A stretch of DNA of 64,000 nt. It comes from Nemertoderma westbladi (taxonomy: Eukaryota; Animalia; Xenacoelomorpha). Below the pieces are notes generated by a model, which was given only the letters and a program-made list of their open reading frames with translations, ran no database searches and was not told where the DNA came from. Below are positions 11,701-26,700 of the stretch, one piece after another. Each line of letters opens with the position of its first letter. The first letter of the stretch is position 1. The stretch is taken from NCBI GenBank assembly GCA_032718475.1, contig JAUCBJ010003252.1:1-64000 (forward strand), read 5' to 3'. Position numbers and translations under genes: made by a program.

Positions 11701-14700
11701 CAATCTTTAGTGTCTTTTTACATTTCAACAGGTTGGTTCCTCTTTCCTCTCTGTCCTCTGTTCCAGTAGCCTATTTATCGACCCCAGCATGGTGTACCAC
11801 TGAGGGACGCGGTCCTTGTTGACCCGGGCGACGACCGAGCCGGTATTTCTCCTGGAGGGTTCTCATACTCATATCTTTCAGTTGCGGGAGTAAACCGCTT
11901 GTGGTCGCAACTCCTACAAGCGTCTTCGCAGTAGGTCGCCGTTGGTTGATTACCTTCCGCCGACCTTGTCAGCATGTCTAGCCGTTGGTTGAATACCTTC
12001 CGCCTATCCATGGCCTACAGCCCTGCTGCCGACTGTAGGGGTCCATTTGTTACACCCTGAACCAAGTGTGCCTCCTGGGTTAGGTTACCTAACACTGGTA
12101 GAGGAGCATCCAGTATAGACAGGGCGGGGCGTGTATCATCTCTAATGCAGATGCGTATCAAGCCTTTGCCTTCAATGGTGCCCTAGGCGCTATAGCCCTC
12201 AATGACTTATTTAGTTGACGGGGCTGAACCAACCCACTCTTGATCAACTAAATAATGAATAGGCTATGATTATCGGGCATGCCCTACTGGGCTGACAGCT
12301 ACAGGTAGTGCCACATTACTGCCATAGTGGTAGCAGGATCTGGGGACCTGACCTGAACTGGACTATAATTATATTTACTTAAAAAAATGAATTTAAAATA
12401 ATTTTATAGATGATGATGAATGTACATTAAACACAGACAACTGCCACATTAATGCTGACTGTTCCAATACTGATGGTGGATTTAGTTGTAGTTGCATGTC
12501 TGGATACACAGGAGATGGTGTCACTACATGTTTAGGTAATAAATAAATTGACATACAATAATTACAAACATAATTTATTTAAAAGCTGATTATTTCAAAC
12601 CATCAAATATATAAATTGATTGTGTCACCTTGTTTCTTGCGTTATACGGGTTTGTGAGGGTTCTGAATTCAATGGAATCAGTAAAAATTTCATAAGAGTT
12701 TTCAAACTTGTATTTTTCGCCGGTGGGTGAAAATTGTTGTGCCAGCACCAAATTTTGGAAAATAAGCAAATTGATCAGGAGATAGTATCATCTTGTTTAT
12801 TGCGTTATACGGGTTTATGAGGGTCCTGAATCCGATGGAATCAATAAAAACAGCACTGGACATCGCAAGCTTGTACTTTTTGGTGATGGGTACGAAATTT
12901 GGTGCTAGCACCAAAATTTGCCAAATTGTGCCGAAAAATACAAGTAGCAATGATGGGGCATTTTAGAAATGTATTCCATTAGAATCAGCTCCCTAGAAAC
13001 CTGAAAATGTGAATTTATAGCATCGTATAAGTGAATTAAAAATTTTGTGTTCTAACTGAAAAGTGCTGGTTACTTGTTTTTTTCATTTTTTTCCTACGCA
13101 GAGAGGACTAAACAGCCATTTATAGTAATCATATTATTTTTAAATATTTTCCAATGAATTTTGCGCCCCAGAAAACCTGTATTGAAAAACAATTAGACGA
13201 AAAATGTAACTTTCAAATTTTCTGAAAATTGTGCACTACTTGTAATTTTGGTGCTGCAATATAACCACCCCAGTACATTTTTTCGAAAATTTTTTTTCCG
13301 TCGGATCCTGTCTAGTGATACCTACGTACAAACAAAAAATCAGACGTTTGCGTAAAAAATTTGTAGATTTTAGATAGATTTTAGATATTGTAGGTATTTG
13401 TACAACATTTTATAGCCCGGTACTAATAGGGTTAAAAAAATGAATTTAAAATAATTTTATAGATGATGATGAATGTACATTAAACACAGACAACTGCCAC
13501 ATTAATGCTGACTGTTCCAATACTGATGGTGGATTTAGTTGTAGTTGCAAAACTGGATACACAGGAGATGGTGTCACTACATGTTTAGGTAATAAATAAA
13601 TTGACCTACAATAATTACAAACATAATTTTTAAAAGCTGAAAACATTTTCATTTTTATACTATAATTATATTTACTTAAAAAAATGAATTTAAAATAATT
13701 TTATAGATGATGATGAATGTACATTAAACACAGACAACTGCCACATTAATGCTGACTGTTCCAATACTGATGGTGGATTTAGTTGTAGTTGCATGTCTGG
13801 ATACACAGGAGATGGTGTCACTACATGTTTAGGTAATAAATAAATTGACATACAATAATTACAAACATAATTTTTTTAATAGCTGAAAACATTTTCTTTT
13901 TTATACTATAATTATATTTACTTAAAAAAATGAATTTAAATTAATTTTATAGATGATGATGAATGTACATTAAACACAGACAACTGCCACATTAATGCTG
14001 ACTGTTCCAATACTGATGGTGGATTTAGTTGTAGTTGCATGTCTGGATACACAGGAGATGGTGTCACTACATGTTTAGGTAATAAAAAATTGACATACAA
14101 TAATTACAAACATAATTTATTTAAAAGCTGAAAACATTTTCATTTTTATACTTTAATTATATTTACTTAAAAAAATGAATTTAAAATAATTTTATAGATG
14201 ATGATGAATGTACATTAAACACAGACAACTGCCACATTAATGCTGACTGTTCCAATACTGATGGTGGATTTAGTTGTAGTTGCATGTCTGGATACACAGG
14301 AGATGGTGTCACTACATGTTTAGGTAATAAATAAATTGACATACAATAATTACAAACATAATTTATTTAAAAGCTGAAAACATTTTCATTTTCATTTTTA
14401 TACTTTAATTATATTTACTTAAAAAAATGAATTTAAAATAATTTTATAGATGATGATGAATGTACATTAAACACAGACAACTGCCACATTAATGCTGACT
14501 GTTCCAATACTGATGGTGGATTTAGTTGTAGTTGCATGTCTGGATACACAGGAGATGGTGTCACATGTTTAGGTAATAAATAAATTGACATACAATAATT
14601 ACAAACATAATTTTTTTAAAAGCTGAAAACATTTTCATTTTTATACTATAATTATATTTACTTAAAAAAATGAATTTAAAATAATTTTATAGATGATGAT

Positions 14701-17700
14701 GAATGTACATTAAACACAGACAACTGCCAAATTAATGCTGACTGTTCCAATACTGATGGTGGATTTAGTTGTAGTTGCATGTCTGGATACACAGGAGATG
14801 GTGTCACATGTTTAGGTAATAAATAAATTGACATACAATAATTACAAACATAATTTTTTTAAAAGCTGAAAACATTTTCATTTTTATACTATAATTATAT
14901 TTACTTAAAAAAATGAATTTAAAATAATTTTATAGATGATGATGAATGTACATTAAACACAGACAACTGCCACATTAATGCTGACTGTTCCAATACTGAT
15001 GGTGGATTTAGTTGTAGTTGCAAAACTGGATACACAGGAGATGGTGTCACTACATGTTTAGGTAATAAATAAATTGACATACAATAATTACAAACATAAT
15101 TTTTTAAAAGCTGAAAACATTTTCATTTTCGTACTATAATTATATTTACTTAAAAAAATGAATTTAAAATAATTTTATAGATGATGATGAATGTACATTA
15201 AACACAGACAACTGCCACATTAATGCTGACTGTTCCAATACTGATGGTGGATTTAGTTGTAGTTGCAAAACTGGATACACAGGAGATGGTGTCACTACAT
15301 GTTTAGGTAATAAATAAATTGACATACAATAATTACAAACATAATTTTTTAAAAGCTGAAAACATTTTCATTTTTATACTATAATTATATTTACTTAAAA
15401 AAATGAATTTAAAATAATTTTATAGATGATGATGAATGTACATTAAACACAGACAACTGCCACATTAATGCTGACTGTTCCAATACTGATGGTGGATTTA
15501 GTTGTAGTTGCATGTCCGGATTCACAGGAGATGGTGTCACTACATGTTTAGGTAATAAATAAATTGACATTATAAATATGACATATAAAATATTACATAT
15601 TTTTTAGATTTTTTAGAGATCGCTGTACTGGCCTACTGACGTACTACTGCCTAGGCCTATATAAATATTGGAATACTTAAAAGCATCTTATTTACAATGA
15701 CGCATCCACAGAATATTAATGTCGCAAATGATGAAAACGATCACAGTATTATTGCTAGTATTATTTCATCAATGGATGACCCTGAAATAAAGAATTGTTT
15801 AAGCTGCTGGTCCCAGGAGGAGACAGGAACTGCAATCACCAAAAAACTTAACAAATGTCCAACCAGCCAACTTCGCAAGACAGCCCTTAACATGGGATGT
15901 GAAAGGGCGAATGACAACCTCTATAAGGCGCAATTAGTAGTTGAGGTTGTTAAATCAATTGAACGTTTCCTACCTGAGGAATGCGCGAACTGTGGGGCTG
16001 ACTACTCATGCGAGTTCGGAGAGAAAACCGCTATTCAATGTTTCATTTGTCAACGAGGTGTTCACAGTGGTTGTGTCACTGATCCACCGCAAACAGAAGA
16101 ATATAAAGCACTAACATCGGCCCGCGGATTTGTCTGGGTATGCCTCTATTGCCAACAACGGGCCATAGCTGGCAAAGCAATTATTCGCGATAACGAAGGC
16201 AAATCCATTGCCGGTATTCGTAAGCGTCAAATTCTAGGCGCAGTGGCTACGACTGAAGGAGTACCGGTACCGTTGTCGGAACAAATGAGGGTTAAGGAAC
16301 TGCAAACGAGAAGTCCAACAGTCAATGGGCCAAGTCAGTTCGAGAGTGATAACTGCATTCTCACCATTACAAACACCGCTACTGGTAGAGACAACACTGA
16401 TAGTGTTGTACAACCAATTCACCGTCAGTACCAGTATATGGATTCGACCAACCAAACTCAAGTTAGTCGACTACAAAACCGCTTTGATATACTGGATGAT
16501 GAAGATGATGATGTTGTCGATTTAGGTTCTGTACATTATGAAACAGAGGATGAATGGGTAAATCCCAACAGTACTGTTGGTAGAGAGACGTCACCGGTAT
16601 CACACAACCACAATAAATCGGAACCTCATTCTACAAACAGCAGCAATGAAAATAGACCTGTCTGTCGGTTCTTTCGCAATGGGAACTGCCAGTTTGGCCG
16701 ATCGGGACGAGGCTGTTCATATTGACATCCAAAACTTTGTCTTAAATTCTTAAACAAAGGAAAATCAAGCCAAGGTGGCTGCACTAAGGGGACGTCCTGT
16801 AGGTACTTTCATCCCACACTGTGCCGCAATTCTGTCAACGAGAAACAATGGCAAATGTAACTTCTACCATATCCGTGGCACTCAACGTGTCAAGAGGCTG
16901 CAGGAAAATCGCGTGGAAGACAGATATAATATCAGGGAACAAAGTGTTGGGCTACAAGGGAATAACATAGTCTCCCGGAGCTACACCAAGTCGAACCTCC
17001 CCCCTCATAGAGAAATCGACCAACCAAACACCAATGGTCAAATCCAGCAGCGTAATGTGGAATGCTATCGCTATGGTGAAGCTCAGACTTTGCAGACCAC
17101 GGATCAGAGTTCTTTTTTAGAGAACGCCATGGCAGAAATGCAGAACTCGTTTACTATGCAAATGTCTCAGATGCAGGATCAAATATTGGGTATGCAGCGC
17201 CAGTTCTCTCACCAACTTCAGCAGTTGGTGCAGCTACAGCCCCAGGCAGCTGCATCCCCACCTCAAACCCAAATACAATACTATACTCAGCAACCGAGTG
17301 TCCACAACACACAACAAATGCAAGGTTTTGCCCAGTCGGGCCAGGTTCATATAGTACCGGTGTCCAACCCAACCCAAATTATGGTGTAAACCATGGCTCT
17401 TACAGTTATGTAAATAATTTTGAGGATACCATTTTTCATAGAGGAAGGAGTGCCAATAATAATTTTCGCACTCATATTAATAACTTTGAATTGAATAATA
17501 ATAAAGCCAAAATGCAAAACGCTGTTGGTTCTTCCCCTAAGGAAAATATAAATGCAAATTTTACCAATTTACATAATATTAAGAGCCAGGGCTACACGAA
17601 TAATTTAAATTGTGCTCCAAGTAATACTAATCTTACTACCGGTTCTACAAACACTAATATTAGTAGTAGTAATACTCACTACTACTAATAGTACTAACCA

Positions 17701-20700
17701 AAAAGGGCTCAGTTATGGCAATTTTTCTAGCTACACGAATTGTTATCAAAATAATATTAATCAACATTTTATTGTACTAAATATCCAAGGGCTACATTTT
17801 CAAGGCCAGCCATCTAAAGTACCACATATTCAGGACTTGGCTAGTTCTTCTCCCCAATTTATTGCCCTAACCGAAACCCATTTAAATAGTAAGTTTTTGG
17901 ATGCTGAATTAAAAGTACCAGGCTATACCTTAGTTAGGGCTGACAGGGATTCTAGAGCCAAAGGAGGTGCCGGTATATATATAAATGATAATATTGTTTT
18001 CACAATAATCGAAAAATACTCAAATACTGTTTGTGAATTCTTAGCTGTTCATTTTCAGTGTAGTGATACCCTAGTATTTGTAGTATATCGGCCTCCTTCC
18101 TGTGAAATAAAATTATTTAAGGAGTGTTTAAATAGGGTTGAAAATATTATTGAATGCGAAAATTTCAATAATAGTAGACTCCTAATCTCTGGGGACTTTA
18201 ATTTTCCCAACATTTCTTGGGGCAGGGACACTTTTTCATCTCACTCTCCAATAGCCTCTATAAATTATCAGGGCAATGCATTGCTTGGATTAATGTCACG
18301 CTGGTTTATGACCCAGGTCGTTGACAAACCAACCCGCTTGAACAGTACCATCGATCTACTTATTACCAACGATTTAGACTACATAGACAAAGTAAATGTA
18401 TATGGTACCAATTATTCAGACCACAATGTTGTACAAATTTTCACGAGTAAAATAGAAGCAAACACACAACACAATATAGAACGCAATAACGTACCGGTGC
18501 AAGGTTTTAAGAACCTGAACTTTATTTCTGAAAAAACTGATTGGGTATCCGTGAAATCAGAAATTAAAGAAACAGATTGGTCAGAATTATTTTGAGATAA
18601 AACGTTGGACCAAAAAGTTGAAATTTTGTTACAAAATTTAGAATCTATTTGCGAAAGTAACGTCCCACCGAGAAAACCAAATTCAAAAGCAAAAATTCCC
18701 TTAGAGAGACACTCATTATTTAAAAAACGAACAAAGTTGTTGAAAAGAATAATAAATTCAACGTCAAAAGTGAAAATAGCCAAATTAAATTCCGATTTGA
18801 CTAAACTCGATTCAGAGTTATATCTATCTCGCCAGCATGAATCAAAAAGGAACGAAATTAATGCCGTGAATAAGATCAAAGTAAATCCGAAATTCTTTTT
18901 TTCCTTTGCTAACACGAAACGTAAGGATAAAGTAAATGTTGGTCCATTTGTTATTAACCCTATTAGTACCGGGCTATAAAATGTTGTACAAATACCGGGA
19001 GGGGGTCATATTGACCCCCCCCCTCTAAAATCTACAAATATTTACGAAAACGTCTGATTTTTTGTTTGTACGTAGGTATCACTTGTCTGGATCCGACCGA
19101 AAAAAAAAAATTTCGAAAAAATGTACTGGGGTGGTTATATTGCAGCACCAAAATTACAAGTAGTGCACAATTTTCACAAAATTTGAAAGTTACATTTTCG
19201 GCTAATTATTTTTCAATACAGGTTTTCTGGGGCGCAAAATACATTGGAAAATATTTAAAAATGATATGATTACTATAAATGGCTGTTTAGTCCTCTCTGC
19301 GTAGGAAAAAAATGAAAAAAACAAGTAACCAGCACTTTTCAGTTAGAACACAAAATTTTTAATTCACTTATACGATGCTATAAATTCACATTTTCAGGTT
19401 TTCGAGGGCCCTGATTCTAATGGAATACATTTCTAATATGCCAGATCATTGCTACTTGTATTTTTCGGCGTAATTTGGCAAATTTTGGTGCTAGCACCAA
19501 ATTTCGTACCCATCTCCAAAAAGTACAAGTTTGCGATGTCCAGTGCTGTTTTTATTGATTCCATCGGATTCAGGACCCTCATAAACCCGTATAACGCAAG
19601 AAACAAGGTGATACTATCTACTGATCAATTTGCATATTTTCCAAAATTTGGTGCTGGCACAACAATTTTCACCCACCGGCGAAAAATACAAGTTTGAGAA
19701 CTCTTATGAAATTTTTGCTGATTCCATTGAATTCAGAACCATCACAAACCCCTATAACGCAAGAAACAAGGTGACACAATCAATTGATTTATTTGATGGT
19801 TTTCAAAATTTGGTGCTAGCACCACATTTTGCACCCACATCCGGAAAATACAAGTTTGAGATGTCTAGTTCGATAATTATATATGCCATTGAATTCAGAA
19901 CAGCCATAAACTTCTAAAACGCAAGAAATAAATTGTCACAAGCAATTTTATCTATTGAATGGATTTTCAAAATTTCGTGCTAGCACCAAAATTTGCACAC
20001 AGCACCGAAAAAATACAAGTTTGATACGCTTGGTGCAACTCGTATATATTTTATCGAATCCAGAACCCCAAAAAACCCCAATTGCGTAAAAAAACAAGTT
20101 TCAAACAATCAATTTACAAAATTGACATATTTCAAAATTTGGTGCTGGCACCAAAATTTGGCACCAAACGAAAAAAACAAGTTTGAAATTTCTAAATCAA
20201 TTTATATGAATTCCATCCAATTTCTAACACCAAAAAACCGGTGTAAATCGAAAATAGAGATGTTACAATTCATATTTAATGAAATGTAATTTTCAAAAAA
20301 CGTCTCAAAAAAAGTGCCAAAAGTAGGGTTAAAAAATGGTGCTATAACTCGAAAAGTACCCAATATTTTTGAAAACGGTTTTCACTACTAGGAAGACAAT
20401 AGATTTTTAGGAAAAGTCATAAAATTTCAGATTCCCAACTGCGTTTGTTTCAGAATTATAATAAAAAAACCACGGGGGGGGTCATATTGACCCCCCCCCG
20501 GGTTTAATAGGGTTAACGGCAAAATAGTTTCTAATCCCGTTGATGTTTGTGAAACTTTACACGAACAATACCAATCAGTTTTTTCCAATCCAATTGCAGC
20601 TCTTAGGGTCTACTCACCCTCAGAGTTCTTTAAAGTCGATCAAGATACCAAACTAACTGATGTCCCGATTACATTAGAACTTATTATCATGGCTATTGAT

Positions 20701-23700
20701 AAGCAATGTGCAGCCTCATCGGCAGGTCCTGATGGTATTCCAGCTCTTCTACTCAAATCATGTAAGAATGAGTTGGCCCATCCCCTCTCTATAATCTATC
20801 AGGAATCATTATCATCTGGTATATTTCCATCTACTTTTAAATTTGGACATATTACCCCAATATTTAAGAAAGGATCCCGACTGGAGCCAATTAATTATCG
20901 ACCAGTAAGTCTTACATCCATCCTCTCAAAGACCCTTGAACGTTTAGTAAGGTGGAGACTAGTAGAATATCTGGAGATAAATAACCTCCTTAATGTGACT
21001 CAGCATGGCTTCCGGGCTGGGCGTTCTTGTCTTTCCCAACTACTAGACCATTACACATACATTCTAGACTTGCTGGCAACGGCTGAAGGAGCCGATGTGA
21101 TCTACCTTGACTTTGCCAAGGCATTTGACAAGGTAGACCACGGCGTCTTACTTCACAAAATTAAAAAACTTGGTATCAGCGGTAGTTTGGGAGTGTGGCT
21201 CGCAAACTTCCTAACAAATCGGTCCCAGAAAGTTGTAATAAACGGTGCCAGTTCCCATCCCCAACTCATCCTTAGCGGGGTTCCACAAGGAACGGTACTT
21301 GGACCCCTACTGTTCCTTATTATGGTTGGGGACATTAACACTAACACAAACAATAAATTATCATCATTTGCTGACGACACAAGAGTAACTGCTCCATCTC
21401 TTAACAATGATGACAATAATCTACAAAGAGATTTAAATACAATATATGATTGGGCTGTAAATAACAATATGCATCTACATGGTGACAAATTTGAGCATCT
21501 GCACTACAGCAACAAACCCAAATCTCATCCACACAATAGCTACACGTATATAAATTCTACTGGCGACCATTTGATAATAACTTCAGATCATGCAACTAAA
21601 GATCTAGGTATGACCATGAGTGATAATGGGCGTTTTTCATTACATTTCACAAACATTTGTAAAACCGGATCTCAGTTATGTGGCTGGATACTAAGGACAT
21701 TTACAACCCGTAATGTAATCCCCATGGTTACGCTTTTTAATTCTCTCGTCCGCCCAAGACTCGAATATTGCTGCCAGTTGTAGAACCCAGCTACTGTAGC
21801 TGATATCCAAAAAATTGAAAATGTACAACGGGCCTACACCCGCCGCATATTTGGAATGAAGGATATAAATTATTGGGAACGCTTGAAAATGTTACGGTTA
21901 TATTCGCTCGAGCGGAGGAGAGAAAGGTATATAATAATATATACATGGAAAATTATCGAAAATAGAGTTCCAAATATTTCAGATTTAACCTATAAAATTA
22001 AATCTACAAAAAACATCCGCAGAGGTCGACTTTGTACCATACCGTCCCTTGCAAGTAAGGCTACATGTCGCGTCTCCTCTCTTATAGACAACAGTTTTTG
22101 TGTTATTGGACCTAAATTATTTAACACCATCCCAAAACATATAAGAGACTTGACAGGCTGCGCACTGGCGACTTTTAAAAAGCATCTTGATGCATATCTT
22201 TTCACCGTCCCAGATTGTCCCGACTCGCCTGGATACACTGACTCGAGACCTATCTAGTCAAACTCCCTAACTAAGGTACAAGTATTCAAATAAATTAAAT
22301 GGACTACATTTCTTTCATTGCATTGTCCATTTTACCCACGCATGGCCGATCGGGTCTTTTGCGACCCGAGCAGTGTCCATTTTACCCACGCATGGCCGAT
22401 CGGGTCTTTTGCGACCCGAGCAGATATTGTTTTTTCAACCAATCAAATAGCTTTGGGCCCACCAACCCAAAATTTCATGAATTCCTACCATATTATGCTA
22501 CAAACAACATAGCATCAGAAGATTTTAAAAAATTTCAATTTTCTGGGTTTTATGAACTGTTTTCCAAAGTCCCCACATATTTGGCTGGTTTGGGTCACAA
22601 ACGTCCCATACGGATTTACCTGTTTGCAGTTAGTACTGTTTGCTGTAGTTACACCGTATGCTACTGCAGTACTGCTATACCAAGGCCTAAGGTTCTCTAG
22701 TAGGCCTTGTGCATACATATATACACTATACCTGTATACCGTACAGCAGTACCGGTATTCTACATAGGCCAGTCAGCAGTCTGTACCGGTACCTGTACAG
22801 TGTGTTCACGTTCAACCTGCATTGACCTGTCCTGTCACTGCCTGTCGTTTTGTTCATGGTTAAAAATGAAGGATTCAGGCTGTCTCGTTTGGACGACAAA
22901 CTAATAAATAGCTACTGGTACGGGTACCGGTACCCCATCGCGCAAGGAATATCCAAGGAGAACTCGCATACCCCGTCAAGATCTATTCCTTGATAAGCCC
23001 GATTTCGAAAGTGAGTCTGAAGAGGAAGGTTGCCTTTCTGATGTTGAAGATGGGCTTCAAGGGTCGAATTCAGAAGCTGATAATGTAGAATCTCAATCAT
23101 CATCTGGATCTGGAGATGATTCTGTGGATTTGCCTACCGGTACAACACTTACAACTGCAACTGGTCATGCTGGTACCAGTACCGATGGTGAATCAGCTCA
23201 ACCACATGATGTACCGGTACCAATACCGCCTCTACATGTACCTTCTGGCGTCTTTCACAAACTTGTAAATAAGAAAGTTGTGGTGACTGATTTGTGGGCC
23301 AGTAAGGCTCCAACCACAGGAAAGACTCGTGAGATAAATATTTACCGTTCATCTTCAGGTTTGTTTGCCTGTTTGTTGTAGTACTGTAGTAGGTAGTAGT
23401 AGGCTGTAGTAGTTTGTTTGTATGATCTGTGGTGGGCATACCATATACTGATATAGCCTGTACCCGATCGATGTGGCTATAGATGTCTAGCCTGACAGCT
23501 AATATCAGTTGAGGCTATCTAGATCTGTAGATCTATAAGATCTATCCAATCCAAATAATTTTAATTTTAAGTTATTTAGGTATGCCCTACTTGTTGGCTA
23601 CCAGTAGCAGTAGCCTATTGTCTAAATTTGTTTTATTTTATTTTTTTCAGGATTGCCCCGACATGTTCGAGATTTGAATATTGTAGAAACAATACATGCA

Positions 23701-26700
23701 TTCCAGTTGTTGTTCAATGTTGCATTGATGTCGGTGGTTCTGAAGTACTCAAATGAAGAGGGTTTGCGGAACTCACCTGCCTTTACTCCATTTACACTGG
23801 AAGAGTTAACTGGATTCATTGGATTTTTGATATATTCTGGTGTACAACGGGATTCTCGATTACCCATAGATGAGTTGTTTGATACTGTGAAAGGTCATGG
23901 GCGGCGTATATATAATGCAGCATTCAGTCGTCTGAGAGTCAAGGAGTTTTTGCTAGTTCTGGACCGACTAGCACCCCTTCGTGATGTTTGGGACATATTT
24001 ACCTCCAGACTACGGTCTTGCTATATTCCTGGTCCATACTTGACAGTCGATGAAATGTTAACGCCTTTTCGTGGTAAGTGTAGCTTCAGGCAGTACATGA
24101 AGAGTAAGCCAGCTAAATATGGTCTCAAGGTGTGGTGGCTGTGCGATGCTACCACTTTCTATCCAATAAGTGGGCAGGTTTACTTAGGCAAGCAACCCGG
24201 GCGTGCTGGCCGTGAAGTCAATCAAGGAAAGCGTGTTGTGCTGGATCTAATTGATACCATAAAGAACTCAGGGCGCAATATTTGTGCGGACAACTTTTTT
24301 TCCAGTTTAGCCCTTGTGAATGAACTGCGACAGCTCAAACTTTCATACCTAGGTACAATACGCAAGAACAAGCCAGAGCTGCCACTGGAGTTTACCACTG
24401 TTGGGTCAAGGCCACCGCTTTCCAGCTTGTTTGGTCACCAGGAAACTGCAACAATAGTCTCCTACATCACTGCAAAGAAGAAGAATGTGACACTAATTTC
24501 TTCAATGCACTACGATCAAAAGTGTGTTGATACTGCTGCGATGAAACCGGAGATGATTGTGGATTATAATCACTGCAAATGTGGTGTCGATGTCATGGAC
24601 AAGATGGTTACGATGATGACAGTCCGTCGTGGAACTTTTCGATGGCCACAGAAATTGTTTTATACAATGGTTGATGTGGCTGGAATTGCTTCATATGTTA
24701 TATTTAAGCTTTATTATCCTTCCCCTGGCAAATGTTCAAATACAGACAGGAGGAAATTTATTCTGTCTCTTTCTGTGGGTTAACTCAAGGTGGCCATTCA
24801 ATCACGTAAACTGAGCTGTCACATCCCACAGCAGTCACACAGCCTGGCTGTGGCTATTCAAGGACAGTCACCTTCTTCCAGCCAAGGAATTGTTGTAAGT
24901 GGAACACGCAAGAGGAAGCGGTGTTTCCTTTGCCCCGCCGCATTGGACATTAAAACTGTTGGCATCTGCCAGAAATGTACAAAACCTGTTTGTAAACGGC
25001 ACCGACATGAACTGATAAACTGTGAAATGTGTGTAAATGAATGATATGATAAATAAATATATACTCATTGTATGCCCTTCATAAATTTCTTAAACTTTGT
25101 CTGTTGAATGTGCTCTTTGTGTTTTATGCTTATATTATTAAAATTATTCTACTTTCGCTGATTATTGGAACTTTATATCAATCAATCAATAATTGTTCAA
25201 TCAATCAATAATTGATCAATCAATCAATAATTGATCAATCAATCAAAAAAATAAATCGATTAAACTGGCAACCAACCTTAAGGGAAACCGGTGGGCAGTT
25301 ATTTTAATTGATGTAATTATTAGTTGTATATTTATTTTGCTTTCTTGTGACTTAAAATAACTCGGGTCGTTTGGGACCCGGAACGGCCAATGACGTGGGC
25401 GAAAAAAAGCGGCCATGGGTGGGTTAAACAGAAGAATTAGCCAGTTTTTGCACAATTTGTATACAATGTATATTTTTACTATAATGTTTTTTTTTCTCAT
25501 TATTAGTTATGTGCATTTTGTGCCTTATTTGCGTAATTTTTACAACTGTAGGCCCGTACTTAATTATTTGATATACTGCAGTTTTTAGGTTTATGTACTT
25601 AATTTGGTGTGCTCTACGAGTTCTACCGTGTGAATTTTAAATCACTAAATATATATACAAGAATATACAAGAATATACAATAATTACAAATATAATTTTT
25701 TTAATAGCTGAAAACATTTTCTTTTTTATACTATAATTATATTTACTTAAAAAAATGAATTTAAAATAATTTTATAGATGATGATGAATGTACATTAAAC
25801 ACAGACAACTGCCACATTAATGCTGACTGTTCCAATACTGATGGTGGATTTAGTTGTAGTTGCATGTCTGGATACACAGGAGATGGTGTCACTACATGTT
25901 TAGGTAATAAATAAATTGACATACAATAATTACAAACATAATTTATTTAAAAGCTGAAAACATTTTCATTTTCATTTTTATACTTTAATTATATTTACTT
26001 AAAAAAATGAATTTAAAATAATTTTATAGATGATGATGAATGTACATTAATCACAGACAACTGCCACATTAATGCTGACTGTTCCAATACTGATGGTGGA
26101 TTTAGTTGTAGTTGCATGTCTGGATACACAGGAGATGGTGTCACTACATGTTTAGGTAATAAATAAATTGACATACAATAATTACAAACATAATTTATTT
26201 AAAAGCTGAAAACATTTTCATTTTCATTTTTATACTTTAATTATATTTACTTAAAAAAATGAATTTAAAATAATTTTATAGATGATGATGAATGTACATG
26301 AAACACAGACAACTGCCACATTAATGCTGACTGTTCCAATACTGATGGTGGATTTAGTTGTAGTTGCATGTCTGGATACACAGGAGATGGTGTCATTACA
26401 TGTTTAGGTAATAAATAAATTGACATACAATAATTACAAACATAATTTTTTTAAAAGCTGAAAACATTTTCATTTTTATACTATAATTATATTTACTTAG
26501 AAAAATGAATTTAAAATAATTTTATAGATGATGATGAATGTACATTAAACACAGACAACTGCCACATTAATGCTGACTGTTCCAATACTGATGGTGGATT
26601 TAGTTGTAGTTGCATGTCTGGATACACAGGAGATGGTGTCACTACATGTTTAGGTAATAAATAAATTGACATACAATAATTACAAACATAATTTATTTAA

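Larger units (their letters stand above)
15571..25676 (+). mobile_element. CR1-clade LINE, near full length, with two nested piggyBac-type insertions
   Basis: ORF1 has PHD and CCCH fingers; ORF2 has APE and RT. The 3' tail (gaatatacaa)n at about 25652-25680 merges back into the EGF intron (atacaataattacaaa). Boundaries are approximate. Confidence 0.9.

Noticed and set aside
13446-13652. Minus-strand ORF over the EGF unit, and similar shadow ORFs antisense to RT/transposase genes
   Set aside because: Antisense by-products; splice signals and the Cys pattern support the + strand exon.
19449-20289. Short ORFs in the TTAA element (also 12702-12950)
   Set aside because: Non-ATG starts within internal DNA repeats; no protein motif.
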